64,000 bases of DNA from positions 23,386,558-23,450,557 of the forward strand of contig OZ316895.1 of NCBI GenBank assembly GCA_973895155.1. The letters run 5' to 3'. The DNA is from Marsupella aquatica. Its lineage: Eukaryota > Plantae > Marchantiophyta. The position numbers were made by a program, and so were the translations under genes. The notes below the pieces were generated by a model that did not search any database, was not told the origin of the DNA, and saw nothing but the letters and a program-made list of their open reading frames with translations. Below are positions 1-12,662 of this stretch, piece by piece. Each line of letters opens with the position of its first letter. Position 1 is the stretch's first letter.

Positions 1-3000
1 CACCTCTTCTGAAGGTGGAAAGGGGTGTTCCAGTTACCTTTTCAGTCCAAGCCGGCCACGGATTTGCTCTCTATATAACCGATAATCCTGTCGGAGGTGC
101 ATCTAATGCCAATATGAGCGACATAATCTATGCAGGTGGGCCTGAGGCCCATGGAGTACCGGTGATGCCGTACGAACTTACATGGCATCCCAACCGGACT
201 ACTCCTGACCTTCTCTACTACCAGGTGCTCGACTAGTTATTGCAAACTTCATCCGAGATTAGTTGGAGAAATTCTTCTTCCGGAGGGCTGTTGTAGACTG
301 GTTCAAACTCGTGACCATAGTGAAATAGGTTTTGGGAGGGTTCCAGGGTTTTGTTACATTGCTTGAGGTTTGGCATGACCTAAGTTGGTATACTTCGAGG
401 AGTCGAGTTGGGTCTGATGCGTTGCAAATCTCATCTGCTGCAGACTTTGTAACGGTGTCAGGTCCAAACGTGAGTGGTCTGATCTCCCTGGACACTGACT
501 TATTGGTTATCCTTGTTTCACAGGATTATTTTATGGAAAAACGAGGATGGAAGGTTCAAGTTGTTGATGGTGGGTTGTCTGACATGTATAATCAAAGCGC
601 TGTTCTAGCAGATGGCAAGGTATCGTGTTGTTCATTATGAATGTCTTTGCTTTTGGTTGCTCTATAACCTCAGTAGTCATCATTTCAGGACTAAAAAAGT
701 TAAATTGCTTTATAGGCTCAATGATTCTGGCGTTGTGTGCTGTAAAAGCAAATCTTTCTCGATTTGCATTCATGGGTACTATGTGCTCTTTATGCTCGTA
801 GTGATTCAATAACTCAGCCAGCTTGTGTTTGTGGAAAACTTGCTTTGTGATGGGGATCACGGGCAAAATTCATCAGTGCAGTTACCAGAGAAAGAGAGCC
901 TCATCTAGGACAAGATCTTTTACTGGTTACACTGAAAGAATTTAGGGCTTGTTGTAAATAGCCTCCTCTAGGTAGCTGGTGGCTTTGTACTTTCTGCCCC
1001 TTGCCTCAATCGGGGATCCGTGGTTTGGAAGTTATGCATCCATTTTCTTATTGAAATTAATGGCTTGGTGCAGGTGACATTGTTCTGGACAGTCTCAAGT
1101 GGTCGAATATATTTGGCTGTCCGAGGGGGGGTCCAAAGCGGCTATTTGGCTATAGCGTTTGGCAGGTAAAAGTTCTTGTCCAAAAGTTTGCTACTGGTCA
1201 TTTAAAATATGTGAATTGAAAGGAAGTAGCACCTACGAGTTTTGGTTGCTTACCTCCCCAGCACAAAAGAAATATTCAAGGCAGCATATCTACTTAAATT
1301 AATTCAGCGTCCTCTGTGTGAGATGGCTCTTAGGAATGGGGAAAACTGTTGAGGACAGATGACCGTGTTGACTCAAGTCTGTTAGCCAAATTTATACTTC
1401 AAGCCATTATATCAAATTCAAGCCGACTCCTTCCTCATTAACATGAGATTTGCAAAAACACTCTAGTATTTTCAATCTCCTGTAATGCAGTTTTAGCGCA
1501 ATCATAATTAAATGTTGGGTATTTGTGAAAGGCAGTAATGTCAGTCGGTACCAAATGCGAAAAGTATCGCATTTAGTTTACTTCTAGAAACTCATTTGCG
1601 TAGCTGGTCACGTGTTTTAAGTTCATTCATTTATCCTCTTAAAAACTGAACTTGGATACTTGGGGGGGATTTCACTCCGTCCTCAAGCCTTGTACCTTTT
1701 GGAAGCTGAAATGCATAAAATTGTCAACGATGGTATCATGGGCAGGGCAAGATAAAATTGATTGAGACCCACGTTACGAACTCATTACCTGAAATGCAAA
1801 GCAGTGTATACCCAGCCAGTTGCACTACTATTATGGAACATATTGCCAAAGGTTCAAAGAGATATTGTAATGTAACCGAAATTTGAATCTCGTTGGGAAA
1901 TGGTCATATTGAAGCCTCCCAATAGAAGGTCGGGGTTTTCCATCGATGTCTCTTTTTCGAAATTAAATGGGTTTGCATTCTTTTTATTGCTAACGATCTT
2001 AGCACTACTGGCATGCAACCGAAGCTTCCCCTTTGATTATATCATGAAAGCAAAAGAGCATTTAGTAGCTGTAGTTTTCATTTGCCAAGCCATGATGTTC
2101 TGATCAGTAATGTTTGATTGCAGTGGGATGGTGAATTCGTTCTCTTACGTTGGGTGGGTTGATGAGAAAGGGTCACCTCATATCAACGCATACTGGATGG
2201 ATGGCAAAAAGGCATCCAGCATATATCCAACAGGAGAGGAGCTGGCAGACGAGAAGTGTGTAAAAGAGAATGGGATAATGACATTTGAGTTCAGTAGAGC
2301 ATTGCAGCCATCTTGCAACAAAGGAACACTCTGCAAAAATGTGATTGATCCAGAAAGTACACTGAAGGTTGTCTGGGCAATGGGTGATGCATGGTCAGCG
2401 GGTATGTTATTGTGCCCAATGAAAAGTCATCTTCTTCGTGGTGCTCGGAACTGAAAGGGCTTGACTGTAGCATTATGTCCTCTGCATTTGGTCAATATTT
2501 TTTACGCTTGAAGCATTTTTAAGTTCGAGATCTTTCAACGACCACAGATGATAATAGAACTGGTTGGTTAGATTCAAGATGCTGTTTCGTGACACTACAA
2601 TTCTAGCCGTGGTCTAAGCCCAAAGCTATTTTAACAATAAAGCATACTGTTGTGTTTTTCATTAACGTTCTCCTGTAACAGGTGAATTGGCTGACAGCAA
2701 TATGCATACTGATATAAGTACCAGACCGACTTTGATCCAGCTTTCCTCTGGCGCTGCACAAGTGGAGGAGTTGCAGCCTGTTCTTGCGGTATGCAGTTTC
2801 AAAAAAAATTCTCAGTCGTTTATCTTAGCATACTTCTGTTTTTCTGCATTAGTGCCAATCAAGTTGGTTAGACGTAGGGCCCCGCACCTTTGGGGTACAA
2901 TATATTTATAGATCTACTGCAAAACATCGATGTGATCTGTATCGAAGAATTGGGATGACTTGTTTTGGTTTGTATCATTTTGTCTGTCATCCCCAGGTTC

Positions 3001-4872
3001 ATGGATTTATGATGTTTATTGCGTGGGGTTTATTACTTCCCGGGGGAGTCCTTGGAGCAAGATATCTGAAGCACCTTGATAACAATGAATGGTTTCAGTA
3101 AGTTGTTGATTTTATTGTTTCTATCCAATGAAATTCTCCAGTTATCATGTTTTTTCTACAGTGGCCTTGAGCATATGATCTTTTATCCATAGAATCAAAT
3201 ATAGCTCAGATGAAAACGTTGGAATAGAACGGACTGACATAATGGGCGTGATAGGGTTTTCATGAGACGCTTCATTGCTGCTTTGGGTCATCAACTCCGT
3301 TTTGCAGTTGGTGGAGTCCATTCTTTAGGAAGAGATAGTAAATCATTACGAAAGCAAAGATTTAAGGAAATCCAAAAGTCTTCTCAGCTTCAATGGGACA
3401 GCTGAAAACTTCCTTCCTACAGATATCCTTGGTAGAAAATTGAGTTTTGCAGAGGAAGTAACTTGTGCTCTCATCCTGCTGCAGAATCCATATGTATTCA
3501 CAACTAAGTGCTATAGTGGTGATGTTATTGGGTCTTCTCTTCGCGGCAGCGGAGCTTCATGGGTAAGCCGAATAGTTGTTTGCTTCATTCATCCGAACTT
3601 AGTTAGGCACGTGAAACAGCAATGACCACATTTCAGCCTTACCTGAGTTTAATATTAAGGCTTAGAAGGGTGGTGTTAAATGTTTTGAGTGTTCTGATAG
3701 AACTAGCTGTCTCTATTCTCTTCCGTGCAACAGCTTTAGTTCCTTTCATCTGGCAGCCAATTCAAGCTTGAAACTGTTTTGTGATATGCTCCGTACTTGA
3801 CCAAATTTCGTTTGATTTTAATTCTCGGGCTCATGCAGACTCAACTTTAGAACAGCGCACATGAAAGTGGGACTGTTGAGTATATTTGTAGCATTGTTAC
3901 AGGCAGTCAATGGCTACCTGAGGCCAAAAACTGCTTCACAAGGTGAATCTCAACGTCCTCAAAGAGTTGTATGGCAATACATACACATGTAAGTATCATT
4001 CCAGAAACGAAGTCCTCCCTTCATTGGGCAGAGTAACATGTATGTGGTGGACGAGAAATGATCCTCCGCTGTTGCCGTACCAAAAGTTCATTACTGCTTA
4101 GTGATTAGTAGAAGGCTAAGCATATCTATCTAATGTTACTGGTTCTGAACCGGATTCCAATCACATTTTCGTCTCTGTAGGTATTCAGGTCGATCAGCGT
4201 TGATCCTTGGATTTGTGTCCTTAGTGACTGGAATCTCCCAATTAGCAAGGAGAGAAGGCGTTGAGCACCTAAAGGGACTCCAGTGGGCCCTTTTTGCATG
4301 GTTTTTGGCAGTTGCCGCTGTTGTCGGCTACATCGAGGTTCAAGGCTTCTGGAGCAAGTAAGTGTTCTGGAATTCGTGAAGTGTTTTAGCCAACTTTTTT
4401 CTTCAACCCCACACTACAGAGGTAGGCATCTCTACAATGTGCTGAAAGTCCATGAACTCCAATATGCTGTGGGTCGAAAATCCCTTGCTTGGGGTCGAGG
4501 GCAACCGTGAGGCCCACTTGGTTCTCCTGCTCTCAACCAAAGCAAGACGGGGTTGCAAGCCTTCATTCCGTCGAAAGATACCGACAAACTTTCATCATTT
4601 CTTTCAAGGTAATGTTAATAACAGCAAGAGTTATAAATAGTAATGAAAACAAGTCAAGAAGTTCGATCGTGTTGTCCTCAAGGCTTATCACATTTCCAAA
4701 TGGTACCTGCAGGAAAGGGCTGGACACAGTGGCGTTTGACAGAATTCTTGGTACTGAGGATGGTACTGAAGACCTGTTAGCCGAAAGTCATGGCCCATTT
4801 TTTCCTGAAACAAAAGAAATGCAAGCCTCCACAGCTCGTGGTACGGAGATACAGCTAGAAGCTATGCACTAG
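1..4872 (+). CDS. Cytochrome b561, DM13 and DOMON domain-containing protein (At5g54830-like), 5'-partial, 10 visible exons
   Basis: Exons <1-224, 524-619, 1074-1165, 2124-2401, 2682-2788, 2997-3097, 3485-3562, 3839-3988, 4181-4357, 4713-4872; all introns GT..AG with matching phases. Peptides LKVERGVPVTFSVQAGH, GWKVQVVDGGLSDMYN, DOMON-like GYLAIAFGSGMVNSFSYVGW..LKVVWAMG, and b561 helices with four candidate heme His (VHGFMMFIAWG, FQIHMYSQ, TAHMKVG, WQYIHMYSGR). Stop TAG at 4870-4872. Confidence 0.92.
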
Positions 4873-6589
4873 TGTTCCAAATAGATGTAGTCATTCGCTC
4901 ATTCCTCATTTTACTGTGTCACATGCCATTTGTTCGATTAGCTTATGACGATGATAAGTATGTGTTGATGGGAATTAAGATTTTCAAGCAGGGGGTACAT
5001 AGGTCTCACAGGCCATTGTCATTTAGAATATCCGTTATTAGATTGGTCTATCGTACCCCTCAAAGGTGATGAATATATTTGCTGGAGAATTGGCGAGGTC
5101 TGCTGCATTTGGCACCTTCCAACAAGTTTCGTCCAGCACCCAATTTTTCTACGAGCCTTTCGTAGCATTCACAGTGAGTACAACTGTTGAAGTGAAAGCA
5201 GTTCGGGTCTCTCTTCCTTGTTTCCACCCACTCCGTAGAGCCTGTGTGTCTTCAGGCACGAAGGTGGAAGAGAAGATTATACAACGAACCTTGGTTGATC
5301 TCCGTGTTTCTGTAGCAGAGGATGTTGATGCTGTAATTTTAGTTTTCCGGGCACATTTCCAGTGACTCGAATTCTTCCTGCTGTCCACAGCAGTGTGTGC
5401 AGTACAAAGTTTATACATTTAATTCCTGCTTGCTGTAGTACAATCAGCAAGTAACGGCCCGCAATTTTATTTTGGCTCTTATTGAACTCATTCTCGTCAT
5501 GGAGAATTTAGCGATGGATGTATAAAACAGTAAAACCGTGTGATGCGCTGGTAAACAATTTTTTTGAGGCAAGTTGACCTGAGCGTTAGTATTTTCACTT
5601 CTCCAAAACTTTTACTGTAGAGCAAAACTGACTTGCTGCTCGGAGCCATTCAAATTGTATATACTAACAAAGTGCGAGTGATTGCCATCCAGAGTAAAGT
5701 TCGGTGAACTTCTGTTCTGTATATAGTCTCATACTCGGGAGACGAAGAAGGTATTCATTTTACTGTAAAGCGATCAACAAACTTTGAGAGCTCAGGCCAT
5801 GGATGAGCCTAAAGCTCTTTATGTCCCACCAGTCCTGATTCTCACGATCGCTTGTCATAGCTTCAGTCATGCAAGTGTCCTCACTCCGCAGTGTTTGCAA
5901 TCTCCAAGTTGACAATCTGCAGCCAGTCTGGTAATGGTATTGTTTTTTGGGGAATGTTTGGTTTCATGGAGATTTGTTTTTGGGAGGAGGGATATGATAC
6001 TCCCACTCCAAGTGACTGGAACACTAAACTTCTTGTCACAAATCTTGAATTATCCAACTAATCTTGGGGAGTTAACCTAGTGTGACTCTGGAATACCACA
6101 TGCAAGTCTTGCTTTATTTACAGTCTCGTATAAATATTCCATTATAAATGACCTACTCGTATCAGGGAAACTTCTCCAAGTTTATCGCGCCCCATTTTAG
6201 TTGAAATGCTTGAAGAGAATTGTCAAAACAACATATTAAATAAGCAGATAAGTAAATCTGTGTGTGGCTTCTATTATTTTGTAATTGACCGCAGAGCAAC
6301 AGTAAATCAAACATCAATCACAACTTAAACCAACAAACTGAGCCCAAAACGTGGCCGTAGCTATCTGAATCACTTGCCTACTATGGGTTGAAGTCTTGAG
6401 TCACTTAGATTCAAGTCCTCTACTCTATCTGATTTCAGTTTACTAGAAGTCTGAGAATGATCTCCATCCCTTCTTTTGTGGAAAATAGTTCTTAACTGCT
6501 GTCCATCCACCCAAAAAATAAATTGCTCAGATAGCAGTTCTTCTTTGAATGTGTTGTATAAGCTGCTCAATGTTTCGTGCGACAAAAAG

Positions 6590-6647
6590 TGTTTGGTCCA
6601 TCTGAAGCTTAAGATAGATGTTTGGTCCATCTGAAGCTTAAGATAGA
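6590..6647. repeat. 29-bp tandem duplication
   Basis: gtttggtccatctgaagcttaagataga occurs twice head-to-tail. Confidence 0.85.
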
Positions 6648-6729
6648 CCGTTATGGCCCATCCAAGCAACAACTTCATCATAGAGAGTAAGTGTGTGAGA
6701 TGTGTGCAATTTCAAATCTTTCGCATTGC

Positions 6730-8050
6730 ATCATCTTAATGCCCTAGAGTTTGTGAATTTCCCTTTGTGTTTTTCAGGGCAGAATGCAGAGTCAAAATCA
6801 TGTTGAGAATGGATTGTCATAGACAGCATACACAGTGAGAAACATCTAAAGAGCAAATAGTTGACACAAGAGATAAATGGTTCACCTCTCTAGTCAGAGG
6901 CTACGTTCACGGGAACACACAGTCAAGAAAACTTTACTATTAGTTAGGCCTGGTCATTCTACCAAGTCTTAACAACACAAGTTGTCCATATTTTTCAGGC
7001 AATTTTATAAAATGAGTCTAACTTTCACTCACAAGCTAACTCTTGCTTGTGCATATACTACACGGCATATCCAACCGCCTTGGTCATGTATCTAAGTATA
7101 GTTAGACCAATTGCAGTTACATGCTAACTCTAGACCCAAGATGAAATGGTTATCAGATTTGTATCAGCTCATTGCAAACATTCTGGTCCACTTTACCAAA
7201 ATTTGTAAAAGTAAAATCTCTTAGGCCTTTAAGCGCATTGAGGCCCTGTTACCAAAACATTGTGAGTAATAATAGCCCCTCAAAACTTGAACTGAAGCTC
7301 TCAGTTGTCTGGGCATAATGGCACACAATGACCTGTAAATAAGACTTTCCTATATTCTTAATGCCCTTCATGATTTCTCTTCATAATTTTTGAGCTTTGT
7401 GGAGATGAATCCACAGTCCAGACTTGGATTGGGGAATTTTGGAGCTTCACTCCACTTTTACTAAAAATAGTATAAAAAACAAATTCCCTTAGGTCTTAAT
7501 GGTACTGATGCCTTGTTATGAAGAAATTATGGGCAATAATAGCCCTTCAAAACTTCACCTAAAGCCCTCATTTTTGGGGTCTTATGTCCCACGATACACT
7601 ATTTACTATAAGCACCTGCCCATGCAAAAGCCCCATTCACTCCCTCACTTATCCTCATTCCTGTCATGTGGTGAACATTGTCTCACCATAAAAGGTGGAG
7701 CTCTTGCCATTAAAAGGTGGAGCACTCAGCACCTTTTGTGGAGCTCAAGCCCATTCCTGAACCTTTGCACTTTAAACTATGAGAGCTATGGGTTAACCCG
7801 TAGTTTTTAATAGGTGCAATTGTGGTTTAATGCTTTCATGATTTTACCTTTTGTATGTTTTCAGGGCAGTGTGGGAGAAGAATGCCCACTCAAAATTTTG
7901 ATCACCTCATTAGGAAGATCTCCTCTAGTTTTACTCAAATCAGTGAAAATATAAAAATAAGTTCTCAGGCCTTAAGTGTATCAAAGTCCTGTTTCCCGAG
8001 CATTAATATATCCCACAATGCCCTCTAAAGAAGACATAATTTTGCAACAG
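6730..8050. repeat. Old, degenerate repeat block with recurring segments
   Basis: Related motifs recur: aataatagccc(c/t)tcaaaactt (~7268, ~7535); ttaatgc..atgattt..ttttcagggcag (~6735, ~7357, ~7826); ct(t/c)agg(c/t)ctt (~7220, ~7488, ~7964). Confidence 0.5.
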
Positions 8051-8574
8051 AATGACACTTAAGTTTGTATCCTCGCTCACAAAATCTAAATAATTCCATA
8101 AAATACAAGTCTCACTTTGGCAGTCTAGGATCTTCTCCCGTAATTTCTGCCCTCCAAATTCTGTCGTCGTCATAAAGATAATCTATCCCTCCTTGATTTC
8201 GCCTCTTTTCCGTTTGGAAAATTTTCCAATGTTGACCACATCACCATACAAGTTAATAACAACAAATGAGCACTGACTGGTTGAAGAACCACGCAAATCG
8301 TGGCCAAGGCCCATTGATACACGCTGCTTCGACTGGTAAAAATTGGGGGTCACTGAAGCTCTTGGATTGGCAGCACGGTATGATTGTGGTGTCCACCAAA
8401 TCACAAGCCAAAAAGCAAGCTTACAACAATCCATGGAGTCACACGCAAACGTGCATCAGTAGCTCGTACTACTGTCTGTCTAGCTCGAGGAGAATGATCG
8501 TGCTTGCCAACAAAGCGCAGCCAATGCCAAAGCAAAGCAGATTACAACTCATAAACTACTTGCAGGCCAGCTGC

Positions 8575-8625
8575 ATCCATCCATCCATCCATCCAGGCAG
8601 GGAGGGAGGGAGGGAGGGAGGGAGG
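8575..8625. repeat. Compound microsatellite (CATC)n-(AGGG)n
   Basis: catccatccatccatccatcc followed by agggagggagggagggagggaggg; explains the low-complexity ORF 8266..9078. Confidence 0.85.
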
Positions 8626-9051
8626 AGCCATCTCGCTGGGCAGTTGGGTACCTTGGAGCTGGCAGCGTCATCAGGCTTTTTCGCAACTGTCACGCACTTC
8701 AGTGCTGATCATGCATGCCTCAGCCATGGCCAGAGACAGGCGATCGAGCTGATGAGAAAGTCAAGCAAACAGGACTTTGATGCCGCTCCTGGCCTCACCA
8801 GCCCCCTCAACACACCACCCTTCAGGACTGCACTGCTGCTGCTGCTGCTGCTGCTTTGGGTACAAGCGCTCTCAGCAGTGTGTGGCGAAGGGTACATGAC
8901 TCTCTCTAGCGTGGGCTTATGGAAAGTGTGTGTGTCTCCATGCTTTTCACATGACAGATCTCTCGCCTTTTATACCCAGTATCCTGCTGGCAATGTGTTC
9001 CATACGAAGATTCAAAACGAAGGTATTTCTTTCTTTGGTAAAAGCCCACAC

Positions 9052-9352
9052 ACGAGCCTATTTTTTAAGGTTTTTTAATTTTTAGCCAGTGTGGCGAATG
9101 TCACCAGCTCTAACTCTAAGGGAGGAGATGCTAGGAATATTCTTTGTAGGTTTTTCCTGGATTACATCATCAGTGTCAGATATCCCTAGATTTACAGATG
9201 ACTGTTAGATTCTGGCAAATCGAGTCCATGATTAGGTGGAAAAGTGGCAAAACAATGGCATATAAAAATTGTAGCGAAAGTTAGCCGAAAGTGGCAAACA
9301 CTTTTGGGGGAGGTGGAATTTGGATAAAATTTGCACCTAAAAACTACTCTGC
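9052..9352 (-). mobile_element. hAT-like MITE, family B copy
   Basis: Reverse-complement similarity to 51295..51559 and 22217..22527 (agcctattttttaaggttt..gccagtgtggcgaatgt..gggaggagatgctag..ccctagattt..gattctgg..aaagtggc). Confidence 0.7.
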
Positions 9353-10154
9353 CACACACCAGCGCAAGTGCAAGCGGAAAAAAAGCTTGCTGCCAGGGGG
9401 TGCAAGTGCATGGGTCTATTAGAGCCCCATTCCATGCATTCACACCCACAACCCAAAAGGTACTAGGACAAGAGTTCAATGAGAGCATTGTCAGATTATT
9501 TTATCAGAAAATAGATATTGATTAGAAAGGGTTGTAAAGTACAATTAACAAATCAGGTAATGAAGAAAAGACACACATCACTGAACCTCAAGAAATACCC
9601 CTTTTACACAAATTAGTGGTCACTTGCAACTTATGAGTTTTTGTTTAGCTCCCAGGTAGGAGGTGAGTGCAACTGCCAGTGACTGAAAGGCCCTAACCCA
9701 GATGGCATCCAAGCACACCTAAAAGAAGTCTAGGCATTGCCCCTAGGCACCCCCCAAGGTAATAAGGTACTAGAAGCAAGGTGAGGAAAGACAAATAACT
9801 CTACAGTGTGGTTGTAAATGTGGAGACTCTCAGGCCTTTTGACTGTTAGTTTGCTCATCCCGGATTTTCCATTGTTTCTCCCCTTTGCTGGGTCTCCTGA
9901 CTCTGGTATCTTGTCTCCCTATTTGCCAATTTTAATTCTTTTGCAGTGTGATTTATAGGTTTTTTAAAGCTTTTATCCACATTTGCAACACCGTGGTTGG
10001 ATGAGAGGTGTGAAAAAATTCAAAAGGTGATGAGGGGAGAGACCGAGGTGCCAGCTTGTTTAGGGATTTGTTGAGTGTCTTGGGGATAAATTCTTGCATA
10101 CAAAGTTTGACACCAAAGAGCTCAAATGTAGCTAGTGTAAGTTTTCTTGCCTAC

Positions 10155-10455
10155 TTTTCTCCCTTTAAATCAAGGATAGACGATCTACTTTGGAGCATGC
10201 ACCTCTGAGTGTAGAGTAGCCACCAAGCGGGTGATACCCTGGGATCTGACAGGAACCATACCAGGAGGGAGAGAGGGTTAAACCAAGACCCCAAGGCGGA
10301 CCAGGCAGAGGCCAAAGAGAAACCAGTCCTACGACCAGTATACCCCACCCACCATACAGACATAACCTACACACCACTTGCCTGTGGAGGTGGTATTTAA
10401 CCTGGGACCTCTCGGTTCTCCAGGCTAATCCCCTGGCCAACTGACCTTGCTATAT
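10155..10455 (-). mobile_element. tRNA-derived SINE-like element
   Basis: Minus strand begins tagcaaggtcagttggccaggggattagcctggagaaccgagaggtcccaggttaaatacc (degenerate box A and box B at tRNA-like spacing). The same head occurs at ~54964 on +. Ends in a purine/A-rich tail. Confidence 0.6.
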
Positions 10456-11403
10456 TGATCAGTTTTAAGTTTGACATTGCAACCATATCACTCAGAAAAG
10501 CACCAAGAGCACAGTATGGCCCCACAAGAGAACACTAAATTAGGAATGAACTAGAATAAAATAAATTATTCTTAAGACACAACACCCCCCCCCCCCCCCC
10601 ATGCAAAACAGCACGCAGCAAGTGCAGGGAAGACATTTGAGGAGATTCTCTTTTGGTTTTTCAAAAGTTGACGGCCTCATATGTCAACACAAGTTGGCAT
10701 TATATAAACCTTTCTTCTCCCATAAGCCCCACCATGGAACCCTTCACTCTGATTAATGTGGACAACTGTAACACGAGGATTTAGGACTACCATATATCCG
10801 TTGACTAAGTGAATTTTGGACATATTTCCTGACAAAATAATTGGATGTCCATATTGCAAGTTTATCCAGAAGCTACTCAGCCCATACACTATTGAAGCAA
10901 AATAATAAATTTATCCTCAAATTTGTCAACCCATGTTTTATTAAAGCCCACTAGCCTGAGTGCCCGTTCAAACTTAGAATGTAAATTTGCGCCATTTCAG
11001 AGATCACTCTGCCCCTCTCCCCATTTTCCACTCGCTCCTCCAACTTAGGTTAATTACCACCCGAGTCACCGTCTAGAGACTTCTAGAGACTTCACTCTAG
11101 ACTGTAGGCCCTCAAAAGTAGCTTTTGATCTAGATTATATAATTAGATAAGTGGGCAATAGGAGCAGTTATCTTGGGTTAGACCCCCTTATCAACAATTT
11201 TAATGACCACCATTGCTAGGAGGAACTTTTGATGAGGTGGAATACAGCCATCTCAAACCAAACTCTCCTTGTAATATAATGGTAGATTCTAGATAGACAG
11301 TGATTGCCAGAGAGATTTCTCAAAGGTTAGGTTCACAATCAACCCATGACGAATTCTTGGGTTGATTTTGAGAATCAGAAGCTAGTGTCAGTAGAGGACT
11401 TAA

Positions 11404-11640
11404 ACAGGGTAAGTTTTAAAGGTTTTTATATTGGCCACGGTGGAGACTTCTCCCTTATGTGAAGGAGGGGATGCTAGAAAGTCCTTATCTAAATTTCCTA
11501 GATTAATTCTAGACCCTTAGATCACTCCCTAGATTCAAGGAGCCCTCATATTCTCGCTAGTTGAACTAATGAATGGCACCCAAAATAGCTGGAGAATTTT
11601 ATCTAAGTGGATTTAAGTAAATTGCAAGAGAAGGTTTCTC
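11404..11640 (-). mobile_element. hAT-like MITE, family B, degraded copy
   Basis: ttttaaaggttttt..ggccacggtggag..gaaggagggggatgctagaaa..ccctagattc aligns by eye with the 9052 copy. Confidence 0.5.
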
Positions 11641-12585
11641 CCCACAGCAACAAATTGGTCACATTTGGAATAAGATGTCACTTTTTGCCAATGCGAAACA
11701 AAGATTGCATTCAGTCAGCCCATGAACAATTCTTCCGTTCACTTGGGAAATCCTAAGTTACTGTTGTTTGAGGACAACTTAAGTATTTGAGGACAAGGCT
11801 TCCTACACGGTAGAGAATTGGTCAAGAGGTCGAATAGATTTCTACTGTCCAATGTCTAATGTCTAATGTCTATCTTTCCAACTTGCAGTTAATCAGCTCG
11901 TCAATCAGCTCACTACAGCTCGATTGAGGCTAAGTTGTAAACGTTTGAAGACAGCAAGCAGCGGCCGGTTCATGGTTCATGAGCATTCCGTAGCTTCCAG
12001 TCTACAGCAGTGCAGATGCATCGTCTGCCTAATGGTGAGACCTGAGAGGCAAGATGTACAAAATGCCGTTATTTGGCGTTGACGGGGATTTTGTGGGTGC
12101 ATTGAGTAGTACAGTAGATCGGTCGATGACATGCACTGGACCACTCAGATCCAGTCGCAGCTCTGCAAACTCACTACAGCTGGAGGAGGTTTGACGAAGC
12201 TGCGACTTGAGAAATCCCAGAGGCAGACTTTTTGCTTGAGAAATCCCTGAGGAAGACTTTTCAGCTTTTCTATGCGCGGAATCAATTTAGCAGCCCGGTA
12301 CATCAGGCACAACTTACTGTAGACGGGCAACGTCATTTGAGGAGTGCCGCGGATTGGAGACAGACAGAACTGCTCGTATGCCTTTGTCCATGTGTCTAGC
12401 TGTGGCCCATGTAGCATCTGGCGCAGACGCGGTCAGAGAGGGAAAGCAGAAAGAGCTCATACGATTACCCGGAGAAGAGGGGAGGAATCATGTATTTCCC
12501 GAAGGATCAGTGAAGTTTGTCACCATCTTCATCGTTCAATCAATGCGGATTGCTCTGGGGTTGGGTCCCACGAGACTTATGGAGT

Positions 12586-12662
12586 AGGGATACATGGTCA
12601 CACCATACAGGATCCGCGTTCCCACTAGTGAGGGATACATGGTCACACCATACAGGATCCGC
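12586..12662. repeat. Tandem duplication, 45-bp period
   Basis: agggatacatggtcacaccatacaggatccgc at 12586 and 12631. Confidence 0.85.

Noticed and set aside
8266-9078. 270-aa plus-strand ORF
   Set aside because: Runs through (CATC)n, (AGGG)n and (CTG)n microsatellites and into a MITE; no recognisable domain.
10585-10600. Poly-C runs (also ~26799 and ~40534)
   Set aside because: Simple homopolymers, length error-prone, with no further structure.
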